IMG/VR virus record: IMGVR_UViG_3300021371_001301
Coordinates: 1,675 to 65,674 of that record
DNA: 64,000 nucleotides
Source: a virus
Strand: one strand, 5' to 3'
Of the stretch, positions 1-11,598 are shown piece after piece (position 1 is the first letter of the stretch; every line of letters begins with the position of its first letter). The position numbers were made by a program, and so were the translations under genes. The notes beneath the pieces were generated by a model. It did no database searches and had not been told where the DNA came from. It was given only the letters and a program-made list of their open reading frames with translations.

Positions 1-11
1 GTTAGTATCAG

Positions 12-3000
12 ATGAGCACAAAATATCATGCCAATCCAGTCGTAGCAGCACATTCTACTAGACCAGGAGAAAGTTTAGAGTACGTTGGAACACGTAACAC
101 TACTGAACTCTTGCCAGCGGTTTTTCAAACTACTGTAAACAAGAAGTTTTTAGATAGCACACTTGAGCAACTATTGTCGAGTGGTAGCATGCAAGCGATT
201 AGTTATTATATAGGTAACACTATTGGTAAAAAGGTAGATGAAAGTTTCTTAACTGATAGCCGTGAAGCTGATAATTATCAGTTTGTGCCAGGTGCTGTGG
301 TGCGTGATGACAACAGAAATATAACATCAGCAATGTCATATGATGACATGCTGGACATGCTAAAATATAATGAAGTAGACACTGTAAATACAAACCGTAT
401 TTTTAACGAGCCAGGTTACACACTTGACTTACCAATTAACTATGACATGTTTATTAACTATCATCATTACTTTTGGTTACTTGACTTTATGCCAATTTGT
501 GTAATTGAGCCCACAGCCAGTGACCCAATTTCTCCAACTAACTTTACTGGATTGCCATATTATACAACACCTACTTTGACAAATGGCAAACAGCTACCAT
601 TTCAAAATGGTATGCGAGTACGTTTTACTGGTTCAAACTTCACACAAAGTGGTGATGTGATAAAAAATGACATTTATATTATTGATGGTGTTGGCACAAG
701 TATCACATTAACTAAACAGTTTGAATATGCTGCATCACAATCAAATTACGGAAAAAGAGTTTGGAATAATAGTACAATATATGGTGTACAGGAACCAAGT
801 CAATGGGATGGAAGTGACACTGCATTTGTTTATCCTTCTTACGACCTAACAACTTATGATGTATTAAGTAGAGATTATGTGGTAGAACAAAGACACAGTG
901 TTGACCAAAGTGCATGGAGTCGCCGCAACTTATGGATACATGAAGAAGTAGTTGGTATAATTTGTGAGTTCAATGGACTAACAGCAAGTGATTACACCTT
1001 AGATAAATTTCGTGGTGTAAGGCCAATTATTGAGTTCCGTGCTAACATTGAAAAATATAATCATGGATCTAATAGTCTTGGTAGTGTAACACATATTATT
1101 GATAATGTTGCTGATCCTGCAACTACTATTGTTGGTGCGTTAAACTGGAATATGGCATTTGACATTACTACTAACTGGACTAATACTGGATACGATTACG
1201 GTCAAAATGTAAGGGTGGCACAAAACGGTACAATTGCATACTATAATTGTATCAAAACACACACAGTAGCTAAAAATCCAACCTTTGGTGAAAATAACAT
1301 CTACTGGGCTCGTATTGACGTAAGAAACTTGCAAAACAATGACACAATATTATTTTTAGATTCTACAAATAGTACATACAATAACAGAATTTTTAGAGTG
1401 TCTGCATCGTCTGGTGTTGTAACAGCATTAACAGAGATATATGGTGCATCATCTACAACATTAAATGTAGGAGATTGTATTAACGTTCTTATTGGTTATA
1501 ACAACGTATTTGGAGAGTCTTATCCAAACAAAATATACGGTGGTAGTGAATGGCACTGGGATGGATCAGCGTGGGTTTACTCACAACAAAAAACGTATCG
1601 TAGTGAAGGTATCAAGTTTAAATTATATGACAGTAATAGTATTGCACTTGATAATACAACAGTATATCCAAATAATAATTTTCTTGGGGATACAATTTTT
1701 AACTATGGTACGAGTAGTAGCTCAACAGAAGATTTAGCACTTGGATTTGCTCCACGTTATGAAGACTACGGTAATGAACCAGGATTAAGTTTTGATATGG
1801 GTCTAGGCAGTGTTCGTTATGCATACAATGTTATTAACACACAAGATACACCAGAAAATAAAAGTGCAAGTGGATCAATAGAAATACCAGGATACTACTA
1901 CTATAAAAAGTTGGTTAGTAACAATTACTACAATGGTTGGAGTGAAATTAGAAATTCACAGCCAGTTAGTAAACATATACAATATATTACAGATAACACA
2001 ACCCCATTTATAGTACCAATTGGAACTAATGATATATCTGCAGATAACAGATTTTTAGTTAGTAAGCGTGGCGTTAATACAGAATTCTACTCATACAAAA
2101 CAGGGCTAAGTCAGTTAACTCGTATCAATGGTGTCAACCCTGCTCTCTTTATAGATAGAAATAAGTCGTATACATTTAAAACAAACTTTGACGTATTCGA
2201 TTTAAGTTTTACAAAGACAAATGGCGCAACACTTACTGGAAGTGGTGTAACTGTTACATTATTAGGAAACAACCAAGTCAGTGTTACAGCAGATAATACG
2301 TTCTTAGATGCGGCAATTAAATATCGCTTAGTTGGCACACAAGTCACCGGTCTAATATACATCAATAGTAATAGCATAAGTGACAACATCACTGTTACCA
2401 AAAACGGTGTGGCATTTACTAACTATACAATACAAAACAATAGTGTAAATGTCAATAGTGGATTTTCTGCAGGAGATATTTTTGACATTGTTTGGTCAAC
2501 ATATGATAATGTTACACAAGGCAACAATATAGCAAGTGATACACATATTTTAAACTCACAAAATGAACTTTTAACAACTGTTAGTTTTGGTGATATTTTA
2601 TCTCATATGAAATCACAAATGAATGGTATACCTGGATTATATGGAAATTGGTTTGGTGTTAACAACTATAGAAATTTACCAGAAGTACATGAATTCGGTG
2701 GTACTATTAGACAACAACCATATAGTACTGAGTTACTAGCACAAAGTTTAATGCATAACGATACAAATATTTACAGTAGTTTAAAATTTGCATCAAGCAG
2801 TTATGCAAACTTTAAGAAACAATTTTTACAAAAGTGTAAGCAATTACACAATACTTCAGACACGTCTATACCAGTACACATCATTGTTGACACTGCTCTT
2901 GAAAAGATGAATGTTGGCAAAAATAAAAACGATTTATTTGCTAACAGTAATATGCTAAAGTATAAAGATTATGAAGAAGAGACGTATGTCTTTATCTCAA

Positions 3001-6000
3001 CTGATACCCCAGTGTTTAGCATACCAAAAACTATTAATACATATGATGATACTAGTAACCATGTACAGGTGTTTATACGTGAAGGTGATGGCGGTACTGG
3101 CACAGTATGGCGTTCTGCTGTAAAAGATCAAGACTATACTATATCTGATAACAAAGTTACTATTACAGCTAGTATTACATTTGATAGCAATGGTGGAGCG
3201 GCAGCAAAAATCCGTTGGTACTCATTGAGTACTAACAGCTTTGTACCTCCTAGCGCAGTGAAACTTGGGTTAATAGACAGCTATATACCAAAAGCACTTG
3301 TTACTGGAATATATGGCCATGACGGAAGTGTAACACCACGTAAAGGTACTGAGCTTTACCGTCGTAATGTCAGTGGATTTAACATTGAAGATGCTGTGTT
3401 GTATGATTTGGAAACACGTATATACAATAACCTAAACAATACGTCAACAGTCGACTACAAAAAACTTATGCCTAATGCGAGCAATCCTAATCCATATACT
3501 TGGACTGATTTAACTAATGCACTTCGTAGTAGTTTTAACAAATGGAAAATTAAAGAAAATGTTACTAGTATACATGATGCAAGTTTATATTCAGCTGGAG
3601 ATGCGTTTACTTGGAATTATAAAGACGTAGCACCAAACATTGGTGGTTGGCGTGGCATTTATACTTACTATTTTAATACTACTCGTCCACATACACATCC
3701 TTGGGAAATGTTTGGTTACACCCAAAAGCCAACCTGGTGGGATACAAATTATAGTTGGACAGATGCTGCAAAACGTACAGCACTTATCACAGCATTAAAG
3801 ACAGGTCATTATAATGATCCAGCTCTACCTGCATTGTATGATCCAGTATACGCATACACTGCATATGATTGGGATACAAATACACTTGTAACATTACTTG
3901 GTGCACTAAATGATCCAGTAACAGCAAACGTAGTATCTACACCAAGCAATCCTGCAGCAGAGTTTGTGTTTGGAGACTGGGGAACTATAGAAAACACTTG
4001 GAGAACTAGCAGTGAGTATCAGATATCTCTATTTGTTGGATTAGCTAAACTAAGACCTTTAAGAGTAATGAATGATTACTTCCGTAGTTCTACTAGAACA
4101 ACTTTCTATTTTAATACTGTACAAGTAGCATTTAGTGATACCAAATGGCTTGGTAACAATCGTAATATCTCGCTAACAAATGAAGAATATGAAGATAACA
4201 TTGTAGAGTATGTTACTGTAAAAAATGGTGGTAGTGGATATTCTAGCGCACCCAATTTAACAGTATACGGTAATTTTGGTAATGGTGCTGAACTACAAGC
4301 AACAGTTGAAGGTGGTGCTATAACGGCAGTAAAAGTAACTAATCCTGGTCGTAGTTATCAAACAAGACCAAATATTGTAGCTGCAAGTGGCAGTGCAACA
4401 TTTGAGGCGATGTTAAGTTCAGGAAATGTAAAATATGTTAATGGTTTAAGTAATGCAATTGTTAACTATGCACAACGTAATGGTACAAAAGTTACTACAC
4501 TTACCAGTCGTTTAAATAACTATAGCCTAAACCCAATTATTAAAGCTGGCGGATTTATAAACAACAACCAAGAAGTTATTTTAGAAAGCAGTCAGAACAA
4601 AGGGCGTGTTAATATTCCAGAAGAAAATATTAATACAATACTTTATACAAGTCAACCAAAAGAGGAACTATTCTTAAGTGCAGTTAAAGTAACAAAGGTT
4701 GCTACTGGATACAGTATTGCAGGATATGATAATAGCAAACAATATTTTGAATATAACCGTCCGAGAACAGACCAGGATCGCATAATTGTAAATGTAGGAA
4801 ATAGTCAAGTTAACAAGTATCGTAATTATGAAACAACAAAAACTATACTAGACTATAACACTGTTCTTACATCTATACAAGAAGTATATAACTTTATACT
4901 TGGTTACGGTCATTACTTAAACAAACAGGGCTGGGTGTCATCATGGCAGTCAACAGGCGGCGATACTGTTATCTGGAGTGAAACAGCTACAACCAATGCT
5001 GTATTTTATGCTATACCAAACAGCAGGCTAATTGAAATCAATGAAACAAAAAATGGCTACTTTAGTAATATTGCTAATAGATTTGACGGCGAGTATAACG
5101 TTGTTAACAAAAATGGATTGCAACTATTAAACAACAAACTAATAATTACCAGAGATGTTATGAATAATGAAACTGGTAAGACTAGTATTGAAGCAATTGA
5201 CAATACTGAAATTTATGGCTTACGTTTGTATCGTGTTGAAGTTGAGCATGCATTAATTATAGATAAAGAATCAAACTTTGATGATTTAATTTATAATCCA
5301 GCACTTGGATTACGACATAAAAGAGTTATTTGGAGAGGTAGCCGTACTAAGAAATGGAACGGTAAACTATTTGCGCCAGGTTACATTGTAAATGAAAACA
5401 GTGTTATTCCAAACTTTGATACAGTTGCAGGTGAAATTGACAAGTACTATGGGCCAAGCAACACACTGAGTAACCAACAACAAGTAGATGCAGCAAGATT
5501 TAATATTGGATATAACAAACCAGAATGGAATGATACACTTGGGTTAGATGATGATACATTGTTTAACTTTATAAAAGGTACTCAAAAGTATCGTGGTACT
5601 AAACACGCACTCAATGCATTTATGCGTAACACTGCACTATTTGGAACTTTGTCAACAGCCAAAGTACACGAAGAGTGGGCAATACGAGTAGCAGATTATG
5701 GTGACACTAGAACACAAAATACACTTGAGTTTGCCATGAACACTGAGTTGTTAAAAACTAATCCACAACCAGTAAGATTTAGTGCTACAGAGTTAAACGA
5801 TGTCCTGAGTGATATTGTTATTGATGTGGATTTTAATAGTCCATTAGTAGTAACAGGCAAACCAGGTAGCAACTTTACAACTAGACCTGCTAAAACATAT
5901 AACTACACTAGTATTAGCCAAGAAAATATATATGCAAATGACTTTATTAGTGCAGGCTTACCATTGCTATCAGAAGCAGACTATCGTGTATTAAACAAAC

Positions 6001-9000
6001 AAGATTTTGAAGTATTTCCAGAAAAAGCTAGAGCAGATTATAGTTTTGATGGTGAGTGGCAAGACATCAACCAGTGGGATAACAAAACTGCATATAAATT
6101 TAAAGACAAAGTTATCTATGCAGGGCGTGTATGGGAAATGCTTGATCCAGACGGAACAAGTGGACTTACTAGACCAAATGATGTTATTAGTAAAACTGCG
6201 ACTGTAAACTTGCCAGTAATACCAAGTTCTGGTGAAACACTTATTATTGATGGTAATACAATTAATTTACAACAGACACAGAGTACTTCAACGTATGGTT
6301 TAATTGAAGTTACAGGCACACAAGATATTAGTTCTACAGCAAGTGTGGTAGATAATTCAACACTTATATTAGGGTCAACTAGTTCAGATGCTCGTACAAT
6401 TACATTTGATAGTACAACAACATCTACAACATTTAATGATATTAATATTGTTGGTGATGTTATAAGTCCACAGATTGAAGGAAGTGCAACTAGTACTTTA
6501 ATTATTGATGGTTCTACTGTAAACTTTAATCAAACTGAGACCCTAAGTAGTAATATTACTGCACAAACAGCATTTGAACAAATGTTCTTCGATGCATTTG
6601 AAACAAGTGTAAATACTCCAGCAATAAGAGCAAGTGTTGCAACTGCTAGAGTTCAACGTATTGAAGCATTTAGAACAGCATACATTGCCGCTACAAGTCA
6701 AGCGTCTTGGGACACACTACTAACAAACTATTTTGCTAATTCACCAGTTGGGTTAGAGTTCAGTGTGTTGTTGGCATTGGATACAGGAACACCACCAGCA
6801 TACCAAACAGAGTTACATGCACTTATTACAAACGATGTTGACTTAGTAAACAACAGTATTGGAACAACATACAATGCAGTAGATGTTATTGCTGGTACTG
6901 ACGTAGTAACACCTGCAAATATTAGTAGTGCACAAGCTGATTTAGACGACAGTGCATTACCTGAAGCAATTAGAGATTGGCTACAAAGTAATAGTGGCAC
7001 AACATTTACAACAGGTACTATTGTTTCTACTACATCAGGCACAGTATTTAAAACATATAACCTAACAGAAATTATTGATAGAATTAATACTGCTAGTATT
7101 TCAAATGTAACAGCAAGTAGTAGTAACAATAGACTTGTTATTACAAAGACAACTACAACACCAACCTCATCATTTACCTTAACAATAAGTGTGGGAACAG
7201 CAAATGCTGAAGTTGGATTTAGTACAGTTGGTACAACAACTGAGACAAGTAGTGGTACAATAATATCAAACAGTCCTAATTTGACATTAACACAAGTGAT
7301 TAATGCAATTAATAATGCAAATATCACTAATGTTAGTGCAAGTGCAGGTGGAGCGAATAACAATGTATTAAAGATTACAAGTAGTAACCCAACACTTTAT
7401 ATTGGTTCTGGTTCAGCAAACAGTGCAATTGGATTAGGCGTTGGTGTTGAAACTGCACCAGTAACAACAACCAATATTAGTAGCTCTACTGATTTGAGTG
7501 CAATCATTGATATTATTAATGCAGCGGCGATTGCAGGTATTGGTGCAAGTAACAGCAATAACAGATTAAAATTAACAAGTACAAACAGTACAATGGTTAT
7601 CGGTGCTGGCACAGCTAATAGTACTGTTGGTTTAACCGCTGAGACTTTAAGTGCAACACAGACAGAAATTAGTAATGTATTCAATGCATTTGTTGGAAGT
7701 GATGGAAATCAAGTATTCCAACAAATGGAATACGATCCTAATGTGTTCAGTATTTGGGTTGCTGATGATAAACCAGACGTTGGATTTGGTTACGGTGTAT
7801 ATCAAACAATGGATTTTGGTATGTATATTACCAAAGCGTGTGCTGGTATCAATGATGCAGACGATGCACAAATCACAATCGCACTTGCAGATAGTAACAC
7901 ACAAGCACACAATTTAACAGTTGGTGATCATGTTTTGATACGTGGTAGTAATACAGTACCAAGTATTGATGGTATACATCAAGTTACGTCTACTGCAACT
8001 AATAATTTAACATTCTACATAAATGAGTTTATTCAAGAAGAAGGCAATGTTGGTAATGTTTATCCAATACGTAATGTAAGATTTGCAGATTTTACTACAC
8101 TTAATAACAATTACAACTTGCAAGTAAATGGTGTTTTTAAATTTAACTTTAGTGGACTAAGACAAAACAATCAGCAAACACCTAAATTAGCATTTGTTGA
8201 TGATGATGGCAACGGCAGCCCAGCAGTGTATCGCTATAGCGGAAGTTATACAAATAACACAGGACACACTGGTACTGAAGGATGGGTTAAAGTTAGATCA
8301 ACACAGCCCCAATCCCGTAATGATCTAATAGACAACGTTAAGTTATATGATGCTAATACAAGAAGTTTAATATCGCAACTTGAAGTATTTGATCCAGCAA
8401 AGGGCATTATACCTGGATTTATTAATGATGAGATTGACTTTATTTTAACCTCTGACATTGCTAGTTACAACTATAATACAATTGACGGTTATCATGAAAA
8501 CCCCCATATGTGGGATCAAGCACAAGTAGGCACTCGTTGGTGGGATATTAAAACTTCTGTGTATGTTGATTATGAGCAAAGCAATATAGATTATAAACAA
8601 GCAAACTGGGGTCGTTTGTTTGATGGAGCAACTATTGATGTTTACGAATGGACACGTAGTACAGTGTTACCAGAAGAGTGGAGTGAATTAGTATCACGTA
8701 ACGGTTATATTGACGGACTTCCTGCTACAGGTGAACCTTTTAGTGTAATAATTGACGGTGAAGTAGTATACCGTTGGGTAGAAGATCAATACTACAATAC
8801 AAAAACCAAGCGTACAGAAGTTGCATACTATTTCTGGGTTAAAAATAAGCTCAACAGTTTAGGTCAACATAACTACAACACTTACCAATTGGCACAATTG
8901 TTATCAGATCCAACTGGATTTGGTATTAGTTGGGTAGCAGCGGCTGGTGACAGTGAACTAATACTCGCTAACGTTGAACAATATATTACAGACAATACAG

Positions 9001-10967
9001 TTGTACAAATTAATCAAACTGTTGACAGTAATGCACTTCCGCTCAGCGAATGGACACTGTTGTCAGAGAATGATCCCACAAGCATTATTCCAGAGCAGTT
9101 GCATATTAAAATGCGTGATAGTTTAACTGGTTATAATAGACATACTGAAAGATATACATATACAACATGGAATAATTCAGCAGTTTATAATAAAGATGTC
9201 GTTGTACTAGAAGGCGGTGCTGGCTTTTATATTAACTTAGTACAAGGTAATACTAATATCCAACCAAGCACTGATACAGATCAGAGTCATTGGAGTAGAT
9301 TATATGATTATAGTTTGCCAGAAGGTACACCAGAAGCTGATATTGATATTAATCGTCCACATGCATTACCAGATCTAAATTTACATCCGTATAATCGTTA
9401 TGGTCATTTGGTACGACCAAGACAAAGTTTAGTAAGAGAATTACCTATTGCAAGACAAAACTTTATTGAGGCAGCAAACAAGTTACTTGCTGATATAAAC
9501 ATTGTTGAAGAAATAAATGAATGGGATAGAGTATTAAACTCAACATATGTTGAAGGTATAACAACCTATGACATTAGTGGATATTGGCATTACGTAGATT
9601 ATGTTAGAAGAACTTATGATACAAATGACAATTTATTATACGAATATGATGTAACTTCAACACCGTTATATACTGCTACTAATAAAACTGCATTATATCA
9701 AAATCCATTGCCATATAGTAATGGCGATACACTAAAGATAACTGACGTAATGCATACTGACGGTATAAACAGACCAGAAATTTACAGTAGAATAGACGGG
9801 AAGTGGGTACTAGAGTATAAAGAAAAAAGCACAATCCAATTAAGTGAAGAACTTTGGAACAATGAAAAGTTTGGTCTAGGGTTTGACCTAAGTGGATTTG
9901 ATACTGGTGGCTTTGATGCTGCGGTTGACGGCGCACTAAGTAAGATTATAGACGAGCTTAAAAATAGTATCTTTATTAACAGACACCAAGTTAAGTATAA
10001 CAAACTATGGTTTAAATTCTTATATCAAGCTATTGTAGATAATACAGCAGATGACTTTGCGTTTAAAACTACATTTGTTAAACTGAATGTTGAGCATCCT
10101 TTATTAACTGCAAAAGAAAAATATGGTAACTATAGTGTAAATGTTATTGAAGATTTCTTTAACACGATTAAACCTTTCCACACTAAACTACATAGTACAG
10201 CAGATCGTAATACATATATTGAATCATGGGAAACTGCGGTTACAGAACATGATCGCAAAATGGACATTACAATGAAGTATGGAGATCTTCGTAGCACAAG
10301 AATATGGGCAGGAGACACTGTACTCGAAGGTGGTACATTTACTACAGCACCTGATAATGTTGATGCAATAACATTTACTACAGTTGATGGCGATATTGAG
10401 TATATATACGATGCTAACGTATTCCAACAGTCAACTAAAGAAGGATGGGGAGCAGAATTTTTACCAATGGACGTTCACGAGAACATCAGCGTACTAGTAC
10501 AAACTAATGCTAGTGGATCTACAGAAACTAGCGATACACGTTCGTTCCGTATGAATATTTGGGAAACATATCGCTTATACGAGAGTTCAGTTATTGTTGA
10601 TACAACCAAAACATTCTTAGCTCTGGGTTGTACGGCAACTGATACTACAATTCAACTAAATCAAATTTTTGCAAGTATGCCAGCAGGCGGCGGAGTTGTT
10701 TGGATAGGAACTGAAAGAATAGAATATGGTGCATACGAAGGCGGCAACTTGAGATATTGTAAAAGAGGAACAAGAGGTACAGCCGCACAGGCACATGCCA
10801 TAAATGCCGTAGTTAATTACGAACCACGTGTTCCAATACTAGATAATTTTGGTCATTATGGTGATAATTTAAGACTAGCCTATAACGATAGTGGTGTAAG
10901 CCTTGCTTCGGCAGGTACTTCTACAGAACATGCTTTCATTAGAAATGCGGGTTCAGGATCGATATAA
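12..10967 (+). CDS. Giant (3651 aa) phage virion structural protein, probably baseplate/tail associated
   Basis: Uninterrupted ORF rich in Thr/Asn/Ser. Contains a GGSGY beta-repeat module (~4200-4430) typical of T4-like virion proteins, CBM5/12-like aromatic modules, nested repeats (6190-7660) and GFD repeats (~9880-9920). Lies directly upstream of tail-fibre-like genes. Confidence 0.7.
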   Translation: MSTKYHANPVVAAHSTRPGESLEYVGTRNTTELLPAVFQTTVNKKFLDSTLEQLLSSGSMQAISYYIGNTIGKKVDESFLTDSREADNYQFVPGAVVRDDNRNITSAMSYDDMLDMLKYNEVDTVNTNRIFNEPGYTLDLPINYDMFINYHHYFWLLDFMPICVIEPTASDPISPTNFTGLPYYTTPTLTNGKQLPFQNGMRVRFTGSNFTQSGDVIKNDIYIIDGVGTSITLTKQFEYAASQSNYGKRVWNNSTIYGVQEPSQWDGSDTAFVYPSYDLTTYDVLSRDYVVEQRHSVDQSAWSRRNLWIHEEVVGIICEFNGLTASDYTLDKFRGVRPIIEFRANIEKYNHGSNSLGSVTHIIDNVADPATTIVGALNWNMAFDITTNWTNTGYDYGQNVRVAQNGTIAYYNCIKTHTVAKNPTFGENNIYWARIDVRNLQNNDTILFLDSTNSTYNNRIFRVSASSGVVTALTEIYGASSTTLNVGDCINVLIGYNNVFGESYPNKIYGGSEWHWDGSAWVYSQQKTYRSEGIKFKLYDSNSIALDNTTVYPNNNFLGDTIFNYGTSSSSTEDLALGFAPRYEDYGNEPGLSFDMGLGSVRYAYNVINTQDTPENKSASGSIEIPGYYYYKKLVSNNYYNGWSEIRNSQPVSKHIQYITDNTTPFIVPIGTNDISADNRFLVSKRGVNTEFYSYKTGLSQLTRINGVNPALFIDRNKSYTFKTNFDVFDLSFTKTNGATLTGSGVTVTLLGNNQVSVTADNTFLDAAIKYRLVGTQVTGLIYINSNSISDNITVTKNGVAFTNYTIQNNSVNVNSGFSAGDIFDIVWSTYDNVTQGNNIASDTHILNSQNELLTTVSFGDILSHMKSQMNGIPGLYGNWFGVNNYRNLPEVHEFGGTIRQQPYSTELLAQSLMHNDTNIYSSLKFASSSYANFKKQFLQKCKQLHNTSDTSIPVHIIVDTALEKMNVGKNKNDLFANSNMLKYKDYEEETYVFISTDTPVFSIPKTINTYDDTSNHVQVFIREGDGGTGTVWRSAVKDQDYTISDNKVTITASITFDSNGGAAAKIRWYSLSTNSFVPPSAVKLGLIDSYIPKALVTGIYGHDGSVTPRKGTELYRRNVSGFNIEDAVLYDLETRIYNNLNNTSTVDYKKLMPNASNPNPYTWTDLTNALRSSFNKWKIKENVTSIHDASLYSAGDAFTWNYKDVAPNIGGWRGIYTYYFNTTRPHTHPWEMFGYTQKPTWWDTNYSWTDAAKRTALITALKTGHYNDPALPALYDPVYAYTAYDWDTNTLVTLLGALNDPVTANVVSTPSNPAAEFVFGDWGTIENTWRTSSEYQISLFVGLAKLRPLRVMNDYFRSSTRTTFYFNTVQVAFSDTKWLGNNRNISLTNEEYEDNIVEYVTVKNGGSGYSSAPNLTVYGNFGNGAELQATVEGGAITAVKVTNPGRSYQTRPNIVAASGSATFEAMLSSGNVKYVNGLSNAIVNYAQRNGTKVTTLTSRLNNYSLNPIIKAGGFINNNQEVILESSQNKGRVNIPEENINTILYTSQPKEELFLSAVKVTKVATGYSIAGYDNSKQYFEYNRPRTDQDRIIVNVGNSQVNKYRNYETTKTILDYNTVLTSIQEVYNFILGYGHYLNKQGWVSSWQSTGGDTVIWSETATTNAVFYAIPNSRLIEINETKNGYFSNIANRFDGEYNVVNKNGLQLLNNKLIITRDVMNNETGKTSIEAIDNTEIYGLRLYRVEVEHALIIDKESNFDDLIYNPALGLRHKRVIWRGSRTKKWNGKLFAPGYIVNENSVIPNFDTVAGEIDKYYGPSNTLSNQQQVDAARFNIGYNKPEWNDTLGLDDDTLFNFIKGTQKYRGTKHALNAFMRNTALFGTLSTAKVHEEWAIRVADYGDTRTQNTLEFAMNTELLKTNPQPVRFSATELNDVLSDIVIDVDFNSPLVVTGKPGSNFTTRPAKTYNYTSISQENIYANDFISAGLPLLSEADYRVLNKQDFEVFPEKARADYSFDGEWQDINQWDNKTAYKFKDKVIYAGRVWEMLDPDGTSGLTRPNDVISKTATVNLPVIPSSGETLIIDGNTINLQQTQSTSTYGLIEVTGTQDISSTASVVDNSTLILGSTSSDARTITFDSTTTSTTFNDINIVGDVISPQIEGSATSTLIIDGSTVNFNQTETLSSNITAQTAFEQMFFDAFETSVNTPAIRASVATARVQRIEAFRTAYIAATSQASWDTLLTNYFANSPVGLEFSVLLALDTGTPPAYQTELHALITNDVDLVNNSIGTTYNAVDVIAGTDVVTPANISSAQADLDDSALPEAIRDWLQSNSGTTFTTGTIVSTTSGTVFKTYNLTEIIDRINTASISNVTASSSNNRLVITKTTTTPTSSFTLTISVGTANAEVGFSTVGTTTETSSGTIISNSPNLTLTQVINAINNANITNVSASAGGANNNVLKITSSNPTLYIGSGSANSAIGLGVGVETAPVTTTNISSSTDLSAIIDIINAAAIAGIGASNSNNRLKLTSTNSTMVIGAGTANSTVGLTAETLSATQTEISNVFNAFVGSDGNQVFQQMEYDPNVFSIWVADDKPDVGFGYGVYQTMDFGMYITKACAGINDADDAQITIALADSNTQAHNLTVGDHVLIRGSNTVPSIDGIHQVTSTATNNLTFYINEFIQEEGNVGNVYPIRNVRFADFTTLNNNYNLQVNGVFKFNFSGLRQNNQQTPKLAFVDDDGNGSPAVYRYSGSYTNNTGHTGTEGWVKVRSTQPQSRNDLIDNVKLYDANTRSLISQLEVFDPAKGIIPGFINDEIDFILTSDIASYNYNTIDGYHENPHMWDQAQVGTRWWDIKTSVYVDYEQSNIDYKQANWGRLFDGATIDVYEWTRSTVLPEEWSELVSRNGYIDGLPATGEPFSVIIDGEVVYRWVEDQYYNTKTKRTEVAYYFWVKNKLNSLGQHNYNTYQLAQLLSDPTGFGISWVAAAGDSELILANVEQYITDNTVVQINQTVDSNALPLSEWTLLSENDPTSIIPEQLHIKMRDSLTGYNRHTERYTYTTWNNSAVYNKDVVVLEGGAGFYINLVQGNTNIQPSTDTDQSHWSRLYDYSLPEGTPEADIDINRPHALPDLNLHPYNRYGHLVRPRQSLVRELPIARQNFIEAANKLLADINIVEEINEWDRVLNSTYVEGITTYDISGYWHYVDYVRRTYDTNDNLLYEYDVTSTPLYTATNKTALYQNPLPYSNGDTLKITDVMHTDGINRPEIYSRIDGKWVLEYKEKSTIQLSEELWNNEKFGLGFDLSGFDTGGFDAAVDGALSKIIDELKNSIFINRHQVKYNKLWFKFLYQAIVDNTADDFAFKTTFVKLNVEHPLLTAKEKYGNYSVNVIEDFFNTIKPFHTKLHSTADRNTYIESWETAVTEHDRKMDITMKYGDLRSTRIWAGDTVLEGGTFTTAPDNVDAITFTTVDGDIEYIYDANVFQQSTKEGWGAEFLPMDVHENISVLVQTNASGSTETSDTRSFRMNIWETYRLYESSVIVDTTKTFLALGCTATDTTIQLNQIFASMPAGGGVVWIGTERIEYGAYEGGNLRYCKRGTRGTAAQAHAINAVVNYEPRVPILDNFGHYGDNLRLAYNDSGVSLASAGTSTEHAFIRNAGSGSI

Positions 10968-10970
10968 ATA
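10963..10970 (+). promoter_or_regulatory. T4-type late promoter (TATAAATA)
   Basis: Exact TATAAATA overlapping the stop of the giant gene, followed by TATAAATG (10972-10979) and GGAAAAG before the ATG at 10990. Confidence 0.6.
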
Positions 10971-10989
10971 TTATAAATGGAAAAGAATC

Positions 10990-11589
10990 ATGAGTGTTAA
11001 CAAAATTGAAAAAACAATGATAGGCGTAGAAGGTCACATTACAATATGGGATCCTGAAAACGGTGAAGTATTTACTCGCCGCCGCAATGCTGTCAACTTT
11101 GAAAATATGAGCGTAGCTCTTGCTAACTTATTAGCAAATGAAACTGGTGCAACTGGATCACACCATATTGGTACTATGCGTTTTGGTAATGCTGGTACTA
11201 CTATTGATGGATTGGGCGCAGTAACATATAAAGCAACTAATACTACGTTGTCAACTGGTGTGCTATATAATCAAACATTTAGTAAAGTAGTAGATGAAGC
11301 AATTAGTGGATCTGCACTAAACAGTGTAGAGGCTGTACACACAAGTACAAACTTATACAGTGACGTTGTTGTAACATGTACATTAGATTATGGTGAACCA
11401 GTTGGTCAAGACACAACAGATACAGCAACTAACATGGATGGAACATATGTTTTCGACGAACTGGCATTGTATAGTGCCAATGATGATTTGCTAACGCATG
11501 TAATTTTCCACCCAGTACAAAAAAGTGCTAACAGAAAAATACAAGTAATATACACACTCAGACTACGCACATCGTATAGTGATGTTTAA
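10990..11589 (+). CDS. Conserved phage virion protein (baseplate/tail region)
   Basis: Start moved from 10903 to ATG 10990 (after late promoter and RBS). Motifs GHITIWDPENGE, RNAVNFENM, FDELAL, THVIFHPVQKSANR resemble proteins I recall from large aquatic phages. Confidence 0.6.
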   Translation: MSVNKIEKTMIGVEGHITIWDPENGEVFTRRRNAVNFENMSVALANLLANETGATGSHHIGTMRFGNAGTTIDGLGAVTYKATNTTLSTGVLYNQTFSKVVDEAISGSALNSVEAVHTSTNLYSDVVVTCTLDYGEPVGQDTTDTATNMDGTYVFDELALYSANDDLLTHVIFHPVQKSANRKIQVIYTLRLRTSYSDV

Positions 11590-11598
11590 GGAAAAGAT

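Noticed and set aside
6728-7910. Long hydrophobic minus-strand ORFs (211, 95, 87 aa) that look like membrane proteins
   Set aside because: They are antisense shadows of the Thr/Ser/Asn-rich region of the giant gene and have no RBS or independent motifs.
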